DNA of 64,000 nt from Octopus vulgaris. Lineage: Eukaryota. Shown in pieces: positions 41,954 to 55,053 of this stretch (within the stretch, counting starts at the first letter, position 1; every line of letters begins with the position of its first letter). Under the pieces are notes generated by a model. That model was not told the DNA's origin. It searched no databases and was given only the letters and a program-made list of their open reading frames with translations. Where the stretch lies: NCBI GenBank assembly GCA_951406725.2, contig OX597821.1, positions 110,236,001 to 110,300,000 of the forward strand, written 5' to 3'. The translations under genes and the position numbers were made by a program.

Positions 41954-42632
41954 GTAGGTAGATAGGTAGATAGATCGGCAGGTAAAAATGTAAGTAGGTA
42001 GGTAGGTAAATAATAAGACAGATAGAGAGAGAGAGAGGGAGGCGTGGAAAGGTAATTAAGTGCATTGCCGAAAACTGTTTCTGTAATCTACAAATCAAAC
42101 AAAAAGACAAAAAAAAAAAACATAGAAAACAACGTACAATAGATTTACAGTTGATTAGTCGTGCACAGAAGAAGTGAGAAAAAATGCACCTCGGCTGCAA
42201 ACCAGAAAGGCGAAGCATGCGCTTATTCTGATGCAGGAAACAAAAGATGAAAATATTTTAGGAAAAGAATGAATTAAATGTTAAAAAAATGCAACACTAA
42301 ACATGTGCATATGTTGAAAATGGAGTGCACTTAAAGCCTTACAAATGCATTCGTTAGTCTGGTGTGGTTACATAGATGCATATATATATATGTATATATA
42401 TACATATACATATATATATATATATATATGCATATACATATATACATATACATATATATACATATACATATATACATATACATATACATATATATACATA
42501 TACATACATATATATATGTATACATATATATATACACATATATACATATATATATATACATACATATAATATGTATATACATATCCATATATATATGTAC
42601 GTATATATACATATATATATATATACATATGT

Positions 42633-42697
<65 letters not shown>

Positions 42698-42865
42698 TAT
42701 ATATATACATACATATATATAAATACATATCTATATACACATAAATATATGTAAATATGTACTAATATATACACCTACATATATATATATACATATACAT
42801 ATATCAATCAATCATATGCACATGCATACATATATGTATTTCAGACTGTATATGCGTATGCATGA

Positions 42866-42909
<44 letters not shown>

Positions 42910-43043
42910 CAGAGAGAGAGAGAGAGAGAAAGACGTAGATATAAATATATACATACTTATTTACATGCATTTATGATGCAAGTGTGTGTATGTGTGTGTG
43001 TGCCTCTATGTGCATATGTACTCATTAATGTATTAACATGTGC

Positions 43044-43106
<63 letters not shown>

Positions 43107-43195
43107 CATACATACGTACATATATAAATATTACATATATATATATACATACACATATATTTCTATCTGTGTCTGCCTATCTGTCTATCTATCTG

Positions 43196-43262
<67 letters not shown>

Positions 43263-43541
43263 GTTTAGCAATGTTTATTCGTTATATAACATATGAATGC
43301 ATAACACGACTTCTCTCGATGTTACATGCTGTTCGCCATTTTTACATTAATGTCTATATTCAAAAGCATGAATATATTTCCTCGCTCTTTGAATTCTTAC
43401 ATAACGTTAGCACACTACCATTATATTTTCACGACATCTCGGAAATATCTACACAAACACACTCACACACACATATACACTCACTCATATATTTGCATGT
43501 ATGTATATGTATATATACGTGTGCGTGTATATATATATATG

Positions 43542-43592
<51 letters not shown>

Positions 43593-43810
43593 CACCACCA
43601 TCTCACACATATATGGAGGCATAAAGATATGCGTATCAAGTCGTATGCGTTTATCAATTCTGTATAAACGCACATTTGCGCATGCGTACGTTGTGGTGCA
43701 AAATTCTATGCATTCAAGTGTATGCAAATTTGTTTATCGATGACCAGTAATTGAGTGGAAATGTTTTGCAGCTGCTCATATTGATTGTTGCAGGACATAC
43801 ACACACATAA

Positions 43811-43847
<37 letters not shown>

Positions 43848-44267
43848 ATCCAAACATGGACAGAGTGAAAACACAACAACGCGAGGACGTGGAACATGTA
43901 TAGTGCTATTGGACACTCAGGAAAGGAAAGGAAAGAAGGAGAGTCCAAAGAAGGGAAAACGGAGAAAGAAAATCGCCATATATATGGGGTCGATTAGTTC
44001 GGCTAAAGGCGGTGCTCCAGCCTGGCCGCAACCAAATGACTGAAAAAAGTAAAAGAATAAAAGAATATATATTTCTCTTATTCTTTTACTTGCTTCATTC
44101 ATTTGGTTGCGGCCAGGCTGGAGCACCGCATTTAGTCGAACAAATCGACCCCAGGACTTATTCTTTTGTAAGCTTAGTATTTATTCTCTCAGCCTCTTTT
44201 GCTGAACTGCTAAGTTACAGGGCATAAACTTACCAACATCGGTTATATGTACATATGTATGTATCAT

Positions 44268-44574
44268 TTAATGATGACAATACAAAGATATTGGCTACTA
44301 ATAGTTTTTTGTTGTGAAGACGTGTCTTGGCAGGTTTTTCACAGCCCGCAGATATTCTTCGGACTCTGAGCACATGGTCTGTTCAATTAGAAAATCAGGA
44401 CATTGGTACATGAGAAATCACGGGACAATACGAGAAGGTTCAACCGATGAGACCATGTGACCAGAGCCCGTAGATTGCTTGGAGACACAAGGCATTTTAT
44501 AAAACCCTTCCAAGACGAGTGTCTTCACAGAAACAAACTGTTAGTAGCTCATATCTTGTTACTGTGTTCATTAA
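44268..44574. mobile_element. MITE-like element with ~75 bp imperfect inverted arms
   Basis: TTAATGA..AAGATAT.GGCTACTAA..TGTGAAGAC..GTCTTGG is matched by the reverse complement of 44500-44574. Confidence 0.7.
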
Positions 44575-44873
44575 ATGTCGATTTGTTCGACTAACTGTGG
44601 TACTCCAGCATGGCCGTAGTCAAATAACTGAAAAAAATAAAAGAACAGAAGAATGAAAATATTATTTTAGAACGGAAATAATTCTAGGTTTGGTAAAAGC
44701 CAGTAATTTTGAGGGGAGGGGTCTTGTCGATTATATCGATCCCAGAGCGTGAGTGCTAGTTTATTTGATTGACCACCCCAAAAGAATGAAAGACGAAGTT
44801 GACCCGCGCGGCGTTTTGAACCCAAAACGTAAAGAGACGGATGATATACTGCTAAGCATTTCGTCCGACTCGA

Positions 44874-44991
44874 GAACGATTCTGCCGACTCATGAACGAT
44901 TCTGCCGACTCATGAACGATTCTGCCGACTCATGAACGATTCTGCCGACTCGTGAACGATTCTGCCGACTCATGAACGATTCTGCCGACTC
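44874..44991. repeat. 20-bp minisatellite x6 derived from a SINE A head
   Basis: GAACGATTCTGCCGACTCAT tandem units, continuous with the - strand SINE at 44682-44890. Confidence 0.93.
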
Positions 44992-45124
44992 GAACTAACA
45001 GAATTAAGACAGCAGAGCACGTATCGAGTTCAAAACTAAACCAGTAAGAGTACAGAAAACGCCATGCCAAAGTATCGCAACGAGCTCATAAGGAGAAGTG
45101 CAGGAATTAAAGGCTAGAGTGAAC

Positions 45125-46640
45125 TGATAAGTGGTATGAATGCCAACCGTTATCAATCACAGACAATGATCAACTGACAATCTGTACCAGTGGTTCTCAA
45201 CAAGGGTCCATATAAGATGTTGCTGTTAAAGCTTACGTGTAATAAATTAGTTACCCTAGGGCGGTGAGCTGGCAGAATCGTTAGCACGCCGGGTGAACTG
45301 CTTAGCAGTTTTTCGTTTGTCTTTACGTTCTGAGTTCAAATTCCGCCGAGGTCGACTTTGCCTTTCATCCTTACGATGGCGAGCTGGCAGAAACGTTAGG
45401 ACGCCGGGCGAAGTGCTTAGTGGTATTTCGTCTGCCGTGACGTTCTGAGTTCAAATTCTGCCGAGGTCGACTTTGCCTTTCATCCTTTCGGGGTCGATAA
45501 ATTAAGTACCAGTTACGCAATAGGGTCGATATAATCGACTTAATCCGTTTGTCTGTGCTTGATTGTCCTCGCTGTGTTTAGCCCCTTGTGGGCAATAAAT
45601 AAATAAGAAACGTTAGCATGCTGGGCGAAATGCTTAGCGGTATTTCGTCTGCCGTTACGTTCCGAGTTCAAATTCCGCCGAGGTCGACTTTGCCTTTCAT
45701 CCTTTCGGGGTCGATTAAATAAGTGCCAGTTACGCACTGGGGTCGATATAATCGACTTAATCCGTTTGCCTGTCCTTGTTTGTCCTCTCTGTGTTTAGCC
45801 CCTTGTGGGTAGTAAAGAAATAGGTATTTCGCCTGCCGCTACGTTCTGAGTTTAAATTCCGCCGAGGTCGACTTTGCCTTTCATCCTTTCGGGGTCGATT
45901 AAATAAGTACCAGTTACGCACTGGGGTCGATATAATCGACTTAATCCGTTTGTCTGTTCTTGTTTAGCCCCTTGTGGAAAGTAAAGAAATAGGTATTTCG
46001 TCTTTCTTTACGTTCTGAGTTCAAATTCCTCCGAGGTCGACTTTGCCTTTCATCCTTTCGAAGTCGATAAATTACGTATCAGTTGCGTAATCGACGGGAC
46101 CCCCCACCTCCCCCAAAATTTCGGGCCTTGTGCCTAGAGTAGAAAAGAATAAATTGGTTACGCTTCTACAATTCACAAAATATTCTAATTGTTTTTATAC
46201 AATTTCTAATGATATTTAATTATAAAATTATATTTTTGGAAATACCGAATGGCTGTAGAGGTCCAGCAGTGTAACATAGGAATCAAAGGTGTCCATAGAT
46301 AAAAAAAATGGTTGAGAACTATTGATTTACACAGATAAGAAGTTGTAATATTATCGATTAGCTATCACTGTTTTCCAGAAAGAGACTAAAAAATGGATCT
46401 TCATTGACATAGCTGAACCAGAAGACGAGAACTTTATAAAACCGGAGAAAGCGGAAAGGCATCAAGACCTGGCATAGGGCCTCAAGAGCGAGTGTAATAC
46501 TCATCGAGATTGGGGCACTTGGAACCATCTCAAAGAAGACTGAAACCTAGTGCGAGAAGTTGGAGCTACCAGACATCGTTGGAAGCACATAGTTGGCGGT
46601 CATAGTCGAAACAGCGCATGCGTTGTGAAGAGTGTTTGCG
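45125..46640 (+). mobile_element. R4/Dong RLE fragment containing a hAT-type MITE (~45188-46324), which contains a tandem SINE A array (45259-46150)
   Basis: DKWYECQP before the MITE, WIFIDIAEPED..IEIGALGTISK after it. MITE ends CAGTGGTTCTCAAC / GTTGAGAACTATTG. Array TSD AATAAATT(A/G)GTTAC. Confidence 0.8.
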
Positions 46641-47244
46641 TTGCTAAGCTGCAGGAAGGAACAGAGACATGACAAAGATGAACAGAAGAACATCAAAACT
46701 GGGGAGAAGCGTGGTGATGATAATTGTATTGATACTTAACATTCATGCTGGCATTTTTCAGAGGTAAAACCATGAATAAATGAATAAAATTAATAATTTA
46801 ATTATTAGAATAAATAAATGATTTCAATTTTCAAAAATAATTCAATTTAACAACAGACAAATTAACGAATTAAGTAAATAGATAATTAATTCTTCAATTA
46901 TAGTCACGAATCACAAAAGTTGTAAGGTACTTCGGGTGATTATAACAATGGTCTTCTTAATACAGTGTATCAAGCTTTCTTTTGGATAGGCGGCGGGTGT
47001 AATACAGATTACAAGCGCTCAGCAGAGTTTAATAAGCGTTAGATGAGGGGCTATTCTTCAAGTTTTTCAGCTATTAGTAATTTTTAAACATATCTTATGT
47101 AATTTATGACACATAATCCTTTATATGCTATGTGATACGAAGTGGAGTGATATTGACGCAATTGTAACCAATATTAAACATATGCTATATTCACATCATC
47201 ATAATATTTGTCTTGTATATCACTGATATCACTATACGAAAATA

Positions 47245-48250
47245 CGAGGTGCGTTCAAAGAGTATCCGACGTTATTTTTTCCCGTAAAAACTAATATTGC
47301 GTGGGTAAAATTCTTTGAGTGGAAGGTCACCTCACCCTTCCAGCACGTGCGTGAACATGTTCGCATCGGCAAACCGTATCAGTTCCCGACTTCTGCGCCC
47401 AGAGTGTAGTGCACGCTCGTCGGATTTTCGTTGTCACACAAGATGAGCGAACGCGTCGAGCGGAGACCATAAACCGATGTCTCATCTTCAGTGAAGTCTG
47501 AGTTGTAGTTTGCACAGTCCAGCATCTCCTGAACGATGTTGCTTTTGCTGCGGTTGCTGTTGCTGTTGAGCGAACGGTCTTCGTCCCAGAGCTCGCAAGA
47601 TAGGAGAAGTCCGAAACGTGGTCCTTTGCTATTCGTAAGACCCGCAGAAGAGAAAGCAGATCAACCCCCGACACCGAGAGCATCAACGGATGGATGAATT
47701 CGCATCCAGGCTCAGCGGTTGCGTAGGAAGTCGGGGAGCTTTTGCTACTCCGCTAGCACCTCGGGGACGAATCCCGCCGACACCCTCGCTTAAAATGGAA
47801 TGTACTGATCAGATGCTTATTTCCACTTCGTAAGTAATTTCCTGGATTGTCACACGACGGTCACCTTTGGATATTCACCGAACCTTCTCAATCGGATCCG
47901 CGTTTCGGCTTGTGGATGACCTGCCTGAGAATTTCTCGCTCTCCACTGAGATGCGACCATGTTTGAAGCTGTTGTACCATTCCTTGATCTGAGTTTTGCT
48001 CATGGCATTCATGCCAAATGCCTACTGAATCTTCTGGACGGTTCCAGCTTGAGTATCACCTAGATTTTGACAAAACTTGATGTAATATCTCTGCTCAGCG
48101 TGTTCGCTCATCTTGCGGGAAAACGAAAATTTGACGAGTGCGCACTACATATCAAGGTGTATAAGCCGGGAACTGACACGGCCTTCAAGCGCAAAAATTC
48201 TTGCGCATGCGGAGGAAGGGTGTTGTCACCTCCCACCCAAAGGATTTTCA
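47245..48250. mobile_element. mariner derivative with two convergent 5' ends
   Basis: Left TIR TA|CGAGGTGCGTTCAAAGAGTATCCGAC and + strand ATGAGCGAACGCGTCGAG. The - strand has MSEHAEQRYYIKFC..IKEWY..SGRSSTS..DRRVTIQE (47790-48110). Confidence 0.75.
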
Positions 48251-48671
48251 AGCATGCGCAGGAATGAGCAGAGACATGACAAAGATGAACAGAAGAACGT
48301 TAAAACTGGGAAGAATTGTGATTGTATTGATAATCAACATTTTATGTTAACATTTTTTAAAAAGGTAAAACCATGAATAAAATAAATAAATAAATAAATA
48401 GATAAATAAAATCAATAAACAATTTCATTTTCAGAAATAATTTTAATTAAATAATTAACGAATAAAAGAATTAGCTAATACATATATAATTAATTATTTA
48501 ATTAGAGTTACGTTTCACCAAAAATGTCAGATACTTCGAGTGATTCCTATGAGTTTATTTATTCAGAGAGTATCATGCTGTTCTATGCGGGCGGCGACCC
48601 GGCCGTAATGAAATATGGATTAAAAGAGCTCAGCTGAGTTTTGGTGTCAGATGAGGTATTATTCTTCATTT

Positions 48672-49097
48672 CACTCTTACTCTTTACTCTTTTACTCTTT
48701 TACTTGTTTCAGTCATTTGACTGCGGCCATGCTGGAGCACCGCCTTTAGTCGAGCAAATCGACCCAGGGACTTATTCTTTTGTAAGCCCAGTACTTATTC
48801 TATCGGTCTCTTTTGCCGAACCGCTAAGTGACGGGGACATAAACACACCAGCATCGGTTGTCAAGCAATGCTAGGGGGACAAACACAGACACACAAACAT
48901 ATACACACACACTTATATATATATATGCATATATACGACAGGCTTCTTTCAGTTTCCGTCTACCAAATCCACTCACAAGGCATTGGTCGGCCCGGGGCTA
49001 TAGCAGAAGACACTTGCCCAAGATGCCACGCAGTGGGACTGAACCCGGAACCATGTGGTTGGTTAGCAAGCTACTTACCACACAGCCACTCCTGCGC
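48672..49097 (-). mobile_element. SINE family B, full length
   Basis: Head GGCGCAGGAGTGGCTGTGTGGTAAGTAGC through the (AGAGTAAA)n tail. Confidence 0.92.
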
Positions 49098-49351
49098 CTC
49101 TTGCATAATTTTTATACATATCTTATGTAATTTAGTACACACAAACAATTCTTTATACATAGTACGGTAAGAAGCGGATTGGTAATGAAACAATTGTGAA
49201 GGTGCATGGCTATATAGTTACAGTAATCGATTCATGATCGTAAAGACGTGAGTTCGTTTCCCAGCAGCGCGTTGTATCCTTGAGCAAGATCTTTTATATC
49301 ACGTTGCTCCAGTCCATTCGCTCGGCAGAAAATTAGTAGTGCCTGTAAAAC

Positions 49352-49770
49352 GGCGAGCTGGCAGAAACGTTAGCACGCCGGGCGAAATGCTTAGCGGTAT
49401 TTCGTCTGCCGTTACGTTGTGAATTCAAATTCCGTTGAGGTCGACTTTGCCTTTCATCCTTTTGGGGTCGATAAATTAAGTACCAGTTACGCACTGGGGT
49501 CGAAGTAATCGACTTAATACCTATGTCTGTCCTTGTTTGTTCCCTCTGCGTTTAGCCCCTTGTGGGTAGTGAAGAAATAGGTATTTCGTCAGCAGTTACA
49601 TTCTGAGTTCAAATTCCGCCGAGGTCGACTTTGCCTTTCATCCTTTCAGGGTTGATAAATTAAGTACCAGTTGCGTTACGCACTGGGGTCGATGTAACAG
49701 ACTTAATCCCTTTCTCTGTCCTTGTTTGTCCCCTCTATGTTTAGACCCTTGTGGGCAATAAAGAAATAAG
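49352..49770 (+). mobile_element. SINE A dimer inserted into a family C SINE
   Basis: TSD AGAAAATTAGTAGTGCCTGTA on both sides; the host SINE spans about 49200-50030. Confidence 0.88.
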
Positions 49771-50297
49771 AAAATTAGTAGTGCCTGTATTTCAAAGGGC
49801 CAGTCTTGTCACATTCTATGTCCCGCTGAATTTCCCCGAGAACTACGTTAATGTCACACGTGTTTGTGGAGTACTCAGCCACTTTCACATTAATTTCACT
49901 ATCGGGCTGTTCCGTCGATCGGATAAACTGGAACGCTCGTCGTCGCAACCGACGGAGAGCCATTGTGTGACTATACCAACATAAATTCCAGTTCATTCGA
50001 TGAGTAACAGGTAACACGATTTCCTGCACCAATGGAGCAGATTATCCTAACGTTTAACATGGCAGATAGTTGGGAATTCGTTTCGAGCGCTGCCTAACAA
50101 ATACGCTGCAATTTTAGCTAATCCAAACTTACATTCCATGTTATATATATGTGTGTATATACATATATATATATATATGTGTGTATGTATGTATACATAT
50201 ATGCGTGTGTGTGTGTATAAATGTTTATATATATAAATATATATATGGGGGCTGTGTACATATATATATGCACACACAAACATGTACGTGTATATGA

Positions 50298-50335
<38 letters not shown>

Positions 50336-50411
50336 GTTTGTGTATATACCAACACGTACACACACATTTTAATATATACATCTACATACACGCACGTACA
50401 TACATATATAT

Positions 50412-50473
<62 letters not shown>

Positions 50474-50568
50474 TGTGTGAATCTATATTTATGAGCTTAA
50501 ATGCACAGTGCACGCAGATATATGATTTTAAGCATGCACAGAACATAAAAATACGCACGCTTTCGCGC

Positions 50569-50633
<65 letters not shown>

Positions 50634-50949
50634 CGCGCTCGTGTGTGTGCATGTGTGTGCATACATGCATATAATTGCACACGTATTTACCAATGTCTTA
50701 ACGAGCATCAAACTAAACAAACAAGAACAAAATGAGAACGACGATCCCCCCCTTTTCACCCCAACTCCATTAAATTCAACTTAACGTATCGTTTCGATCC
50801 AAAATAACCTTCCGCTCTCAAAGGGGCCGTTCTCGCCAAACAGGTTTGCAATATATAAATTCTCCCTACCTTTTCTTCTCTCTTGCTCTCATTTTTCACT
50901 CTCATTCACACTCTCTTTCGATCTCTCTCACTCTATCTTCGTACCGTCG

Positions 50950-50999
<50 letters not shown>

Positions 51000-51004
51000 G
51001 CTTA

Positions 51005-51040
<36 letters not shown>

Positions 51041-51168
51041 TTCTCGCTTTCTCTCCCTCTCCCTCTTGTCCCATCTCTCTTCCTCTCGTAAATTTCCCTG
51101 TTTTCCATTGTCCATCTCTCTTTGTATCAATCTCTCTTCTGTCGTTTCCTTTTCTGTCCCTTTTTCTC

Positions 51169-51199
<31 letters not shown>

Positions 51200-51936
51200 C
51201 ACCACTCTCTCTCTTTCATTTTCCCGATGTCCAACTCTCTCCTTCATTTTTTCCCCTCGCTCTATCCCCGCCTCGCCCATACCTTCCCTCGTTCCTCTCT
51301 CTCTCAGTCTTTCTCTCTCCTTTCCCCCTCTCTCTCTCCTTCATTCTTTTCCCTCTCTCTCTCTCTCTATCCCCTTCATTCTTTTCCCTCTCTCTCTCTC
51401 ATTCTCCCTCCTTCGTTCTTTTCCCTCTCTCTCTCTCACTCACTCTCCTTCATTCTTTTCCTGCTCTCTCTCTCTCACTCTCTCCCATTCATTCTTTTCT
51501 CTCTCTTTCTATCTCTCTCCACCTCTCCCATATCTTTTATCGTGCATCTCTCTATCATTCCCACTCTCTCCCTTTCTCCCACTCCCTCTCTCTCTTCATC
51601 TCCCTTCTCTTCCATTCTTCTCCATCTCTTTTCTTTCTTTCTGTTTCTCCGACACACATACACAAGCACACACCCCACCACACACCTTTCTCTTCCCCTT
51701 CTCCTCACCCATTATCTCTCCTTTTAATCTCTTATTCCTCACCATTTCACCCATATCCCTTTTCTCTCTCCCTCTGCCTCTCTCCATTTTCTCTTCTCCC
51801 TCTTTCCCTTCCTCCATATCTCCCTCCCTTGCTCTCCATCTCGCACTCCCCCTCACTTCGCCTCCACCTCTCCCCTCCCCACAGCTTACTCCCCGAATCT
51901 CCTTTCACCCACCTCTTCATATCTGCTCTTTTGAAT

Positions 51937-51974
<38 letters not shown>

Positions 51975-51978
<4 letters not shown>

Positions 51979-52187
51979 TCCTCTAATTTCTCATTCCTTT
52001 CTCCCCATCTCTCTCTCCCTCCCTCCCTCCCTCGCTTCTCTTACCCTCTCCCTCCGTCTTCCCTCTCTTCTTCTCCATTTCATCCTTCCTCTCCTCTCCT
52101 CTCCTCCCATCTCTCGCTCCCTATCTTACTCTCCAAATCTCCTTTTACATATCTCTTCATCCCTGCTCTCCTTTTACTCCTTACACA

Positions 52188-52224
<37 letters not shown>

Positions 52225-52460
52225 TCCTCTAATTTCTCATTCCTTTCTCCCCATCTCTCTCTCCCTCCCTCCCTCCCTCCCTCGCTTCTCTTACCCTCTC
52301 CCTCCGTCTTCCCTCTCTTCCTCTCCATTTCATCCTTCCTCTCCTCTCCTCTCCTCCCATCTCTCGCTCCCTATCTTACTCTCCAAATCTCCTTTTACAT
52401 ATCTCTTCATCCCTGCTCTCCTTTTACTACTTACACACACACACACACACACACACTATC
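51975..52460. repeat. Near-identical ~245 bp tandem duplication in a CT-rich tract
   Basis: ATTCCTCTAATTTCTCATTCC...CCTTTTACATATCTCTTCATCCCTGCTCTCCTTTTACT occurs twice, separated by (CA)n. Confidence 0.92.
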
Positions 52461-52726
52461 TCCCTGTTGCCATGACTTGCTGCACTAATATAGTGCAGCT
52501 GTTGCACAATATTAGCTTTTTCTAATGCACCCGTAATACGTTAGCATGTCTCCTTATTTTCGACACGATGCGAATGCACAGGAATTATATAAATGCATTG
52601 AAACGTGGGTTGCCATAGCAACTTCTATTGAACGCACGAAAACAATCGCAGCAGATTCGCACACACCCACGCATGCATAGACTTAAATACCACACCACAC
52701 ACACAAGGTGTGCATGCTATGTATAC

Positions 52727-52759
<33 letters not shown>

Positions 52760-52805
52760 AACATATACGCACATACTTATATGTATATATATATCTATAT
52801 CTATA

Positions 52806-52844
<39 letters not shown>

Positions 52845-52847
52845 TAT

Positions 52848-52887
52848 ATAAGAATGGTGAATCTGGGAGGCTGATTTCTGCTGCACC

Positions 52888-52927
<40 letters not shown>

Positions 52928-52967
52928 GGTGCAGCAGAAATCAGCCTCCCAGATTCACCATTCTTAT
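52848..52967. repeat. Perfect 120-bp palindrome centred on (TA)19
   Basis: ATAAGAATGGTGAATCTGGGAGGCTGATTTCTGCTGCACCG-(TA)19-exact reverse complement. Confidence 0.95.
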
Positions 52968-53006
52968 TGCCTTTGAATATGAGAAATTTTTTTCTGTGGC
53001 AATCAC

Positions 53007-53062
<56 letters not shown>

Positions 53063-53071
53063 ATATAAATA

Positions 53072-53151
<80 letters not shown>

Positions 53152-53239
53152 TAGATAGATAGATATAGATATATATATATGCACGCCAAAACGTATCCGT
53201 ATTTCTATGTTGCGCATGCCTAAAAACTCAAACATGTAC

Positions 53240-53291
<52 letters not shown>

Positions 53292-53620
53292 GCGCACATA
53301 TATGTGTATGAATGTATGCATGTATGTATGTATGTATATATGTATGTTGAGAGAGAAGGGCATAGAGAGAGGGGAAAAGAGAGAGGTTGACAGAGAGGGA
53401 GACAGAGAGAAATATACTGACAGGAATTATTTCTTATTCCAGGAGTAATGTGTGAAGACAAAAATGCTTTTTAAAAGATATTCATAAGGCACACAAATAC
53501 ATACACACACACACACACATATACATACATATATATATATATATATATGTATGCATATTTATATATATATATGCATTTATGAATATGTATACATGTGTGG
53601 GTATCTATCTATCTATCTAT

Positions 53621-53655
<35 letters not shown>

Positions 53656-53880
53656 TATATATATATATATATATATGTATATACATATATATGTATATAC
53701 ATATATATCTATATACATATATATGTATATATATGTACGTGTGTGTCTGTGTTTGTATGTGTTCTTAATGTAGTGGGGAGTACGAGAAATGTTTAATGCA
53801 AAGTAATCTTGAAATACTGATGCTCCAGCATGAGCGCAACCTCCAGGCTGGACCAAGAAAGATATTCAAGGCACTTTAAT

Positions 53881-53914
<34 letters not shown>

Positions 53915-53940
53915 AGACACACACAAACATTATACGCATA

Positions 53941-54455
53941 TCTATATATATAAAACTCTAGTTGTGTGAGTGTCTGTCCCCTTCGATTTAGATTCCTAAC
54001 TCCTCCCACATTTTGCGGTGCAGTTTAACCAAATTCGGGTATCTTATAGTCGTGATTCATATCGAGCCCGTCTGGCTATTAGCGCGCGTCTACGATGAGT
54101 CTACGATTTTAAAAATAATTTAACATCATTTTTTATTCCATTTTAATGCATAAAATGCATCGTGTGTCGATGGCAGCGGAGTTGGCGTCCATGGTCACAC
54201 CTGCACCTGTTTGCTTCTCCCCCTTCTTCCCTCCCTCGTGAAGCTGTGGGGAAGGGAGTGTAAAGAAATCAACGTCGTAATGCGTTGTCAAGGAGACCAG
54301 CGTTCTTTTAGAACAACGACTTCATGGCTTGAAGACACCAAAACAGAAATGGCTAAGAAAGCCCGAATTGGCATCTATAAGGGAAGTAACTCTCTAAAAA
54401 TGCTTATATAGTTATTTCCCTTACAAACCCGAGCAACGCCGGGCGATACTGCTAG
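53941..54455 (+). mobile_element. Non-autonomous Helitron (longer variant)
   Basis: A|TC start, CCCGAGCAACGCCGGG hairpin, CTAG|T end; carries about 200 bp of internal sequence absent from the 21404 copy. Confidence 0.88.
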
Positions 54456-54645
54456 TATTATAATAATTTTATTATTGGTTTATTAATATATTTATTAATA
54501 CAGTAATCCCTCGTCATATTGCGGCTCACATAACGCGGTTCACCTATCGATATTTATTATTTAAGCTTACGTCGATTCCTCAGTGGTGTTGTTTTGCATT
54601 TATAATAGAATAAATATATACAAATTATGATAATAATTTTAAAAA

Positions 54646-54977
54646 AAAGAGCACTCAGAAAGCGAAAACCTCCACTAAGGCAACACCAACATGAGAATAT
54701 CTGAAATAAACTCGACCACTCCCACAAACGAGAATAGTAAAAATTAACCCGAACGCTCTCAAAAATTAAGTTTAAAAAAATGGAAAAATAATCCAGAAGC
54801 TTTGTCCGGCACCGGATCGATTCCCAAATCTAATCAGTTCGTGCTAGTCACGAGGCCAAACATCCCTGAATGTTTCATCCGAATCCGTCCAGTGGTTCTT
54901 GAGATATCTTGTCCATGGGCAAACAAACAAAAACGACTGAAAACAATACCTTCACCTTCGCTAAGGCTGAGGTAAAA
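54646..54977. mobile_element. Helentron-associated element, second copy (inside a Tigger-like remnant starting TA|CAGTAATCCCTCG at 54501)
   Basis: Homologous to 32398-32760; ends in the hairpin ACCTTCACCTTCGCTAAGGCTGAGGT. Confidence 0.6.
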
Positions 54978-55053
54978 ATATACAGTACTGTATAAACATT
55001 TTTCCGGCGTACTAGGGATTCTGTCAGCTTCTGACGATAACCTATAACCTATA

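Noticed and set aside
44874-44991. CRISPR-like regular repeat
   Set aside because: No spacers, SINE-derived, eukaryotic context.
50883-51986. 367-aa Ser/Leu/Pro ORF (and 24089-24856)
   Set aside because: The CT-rich tract lacks stops by composition.
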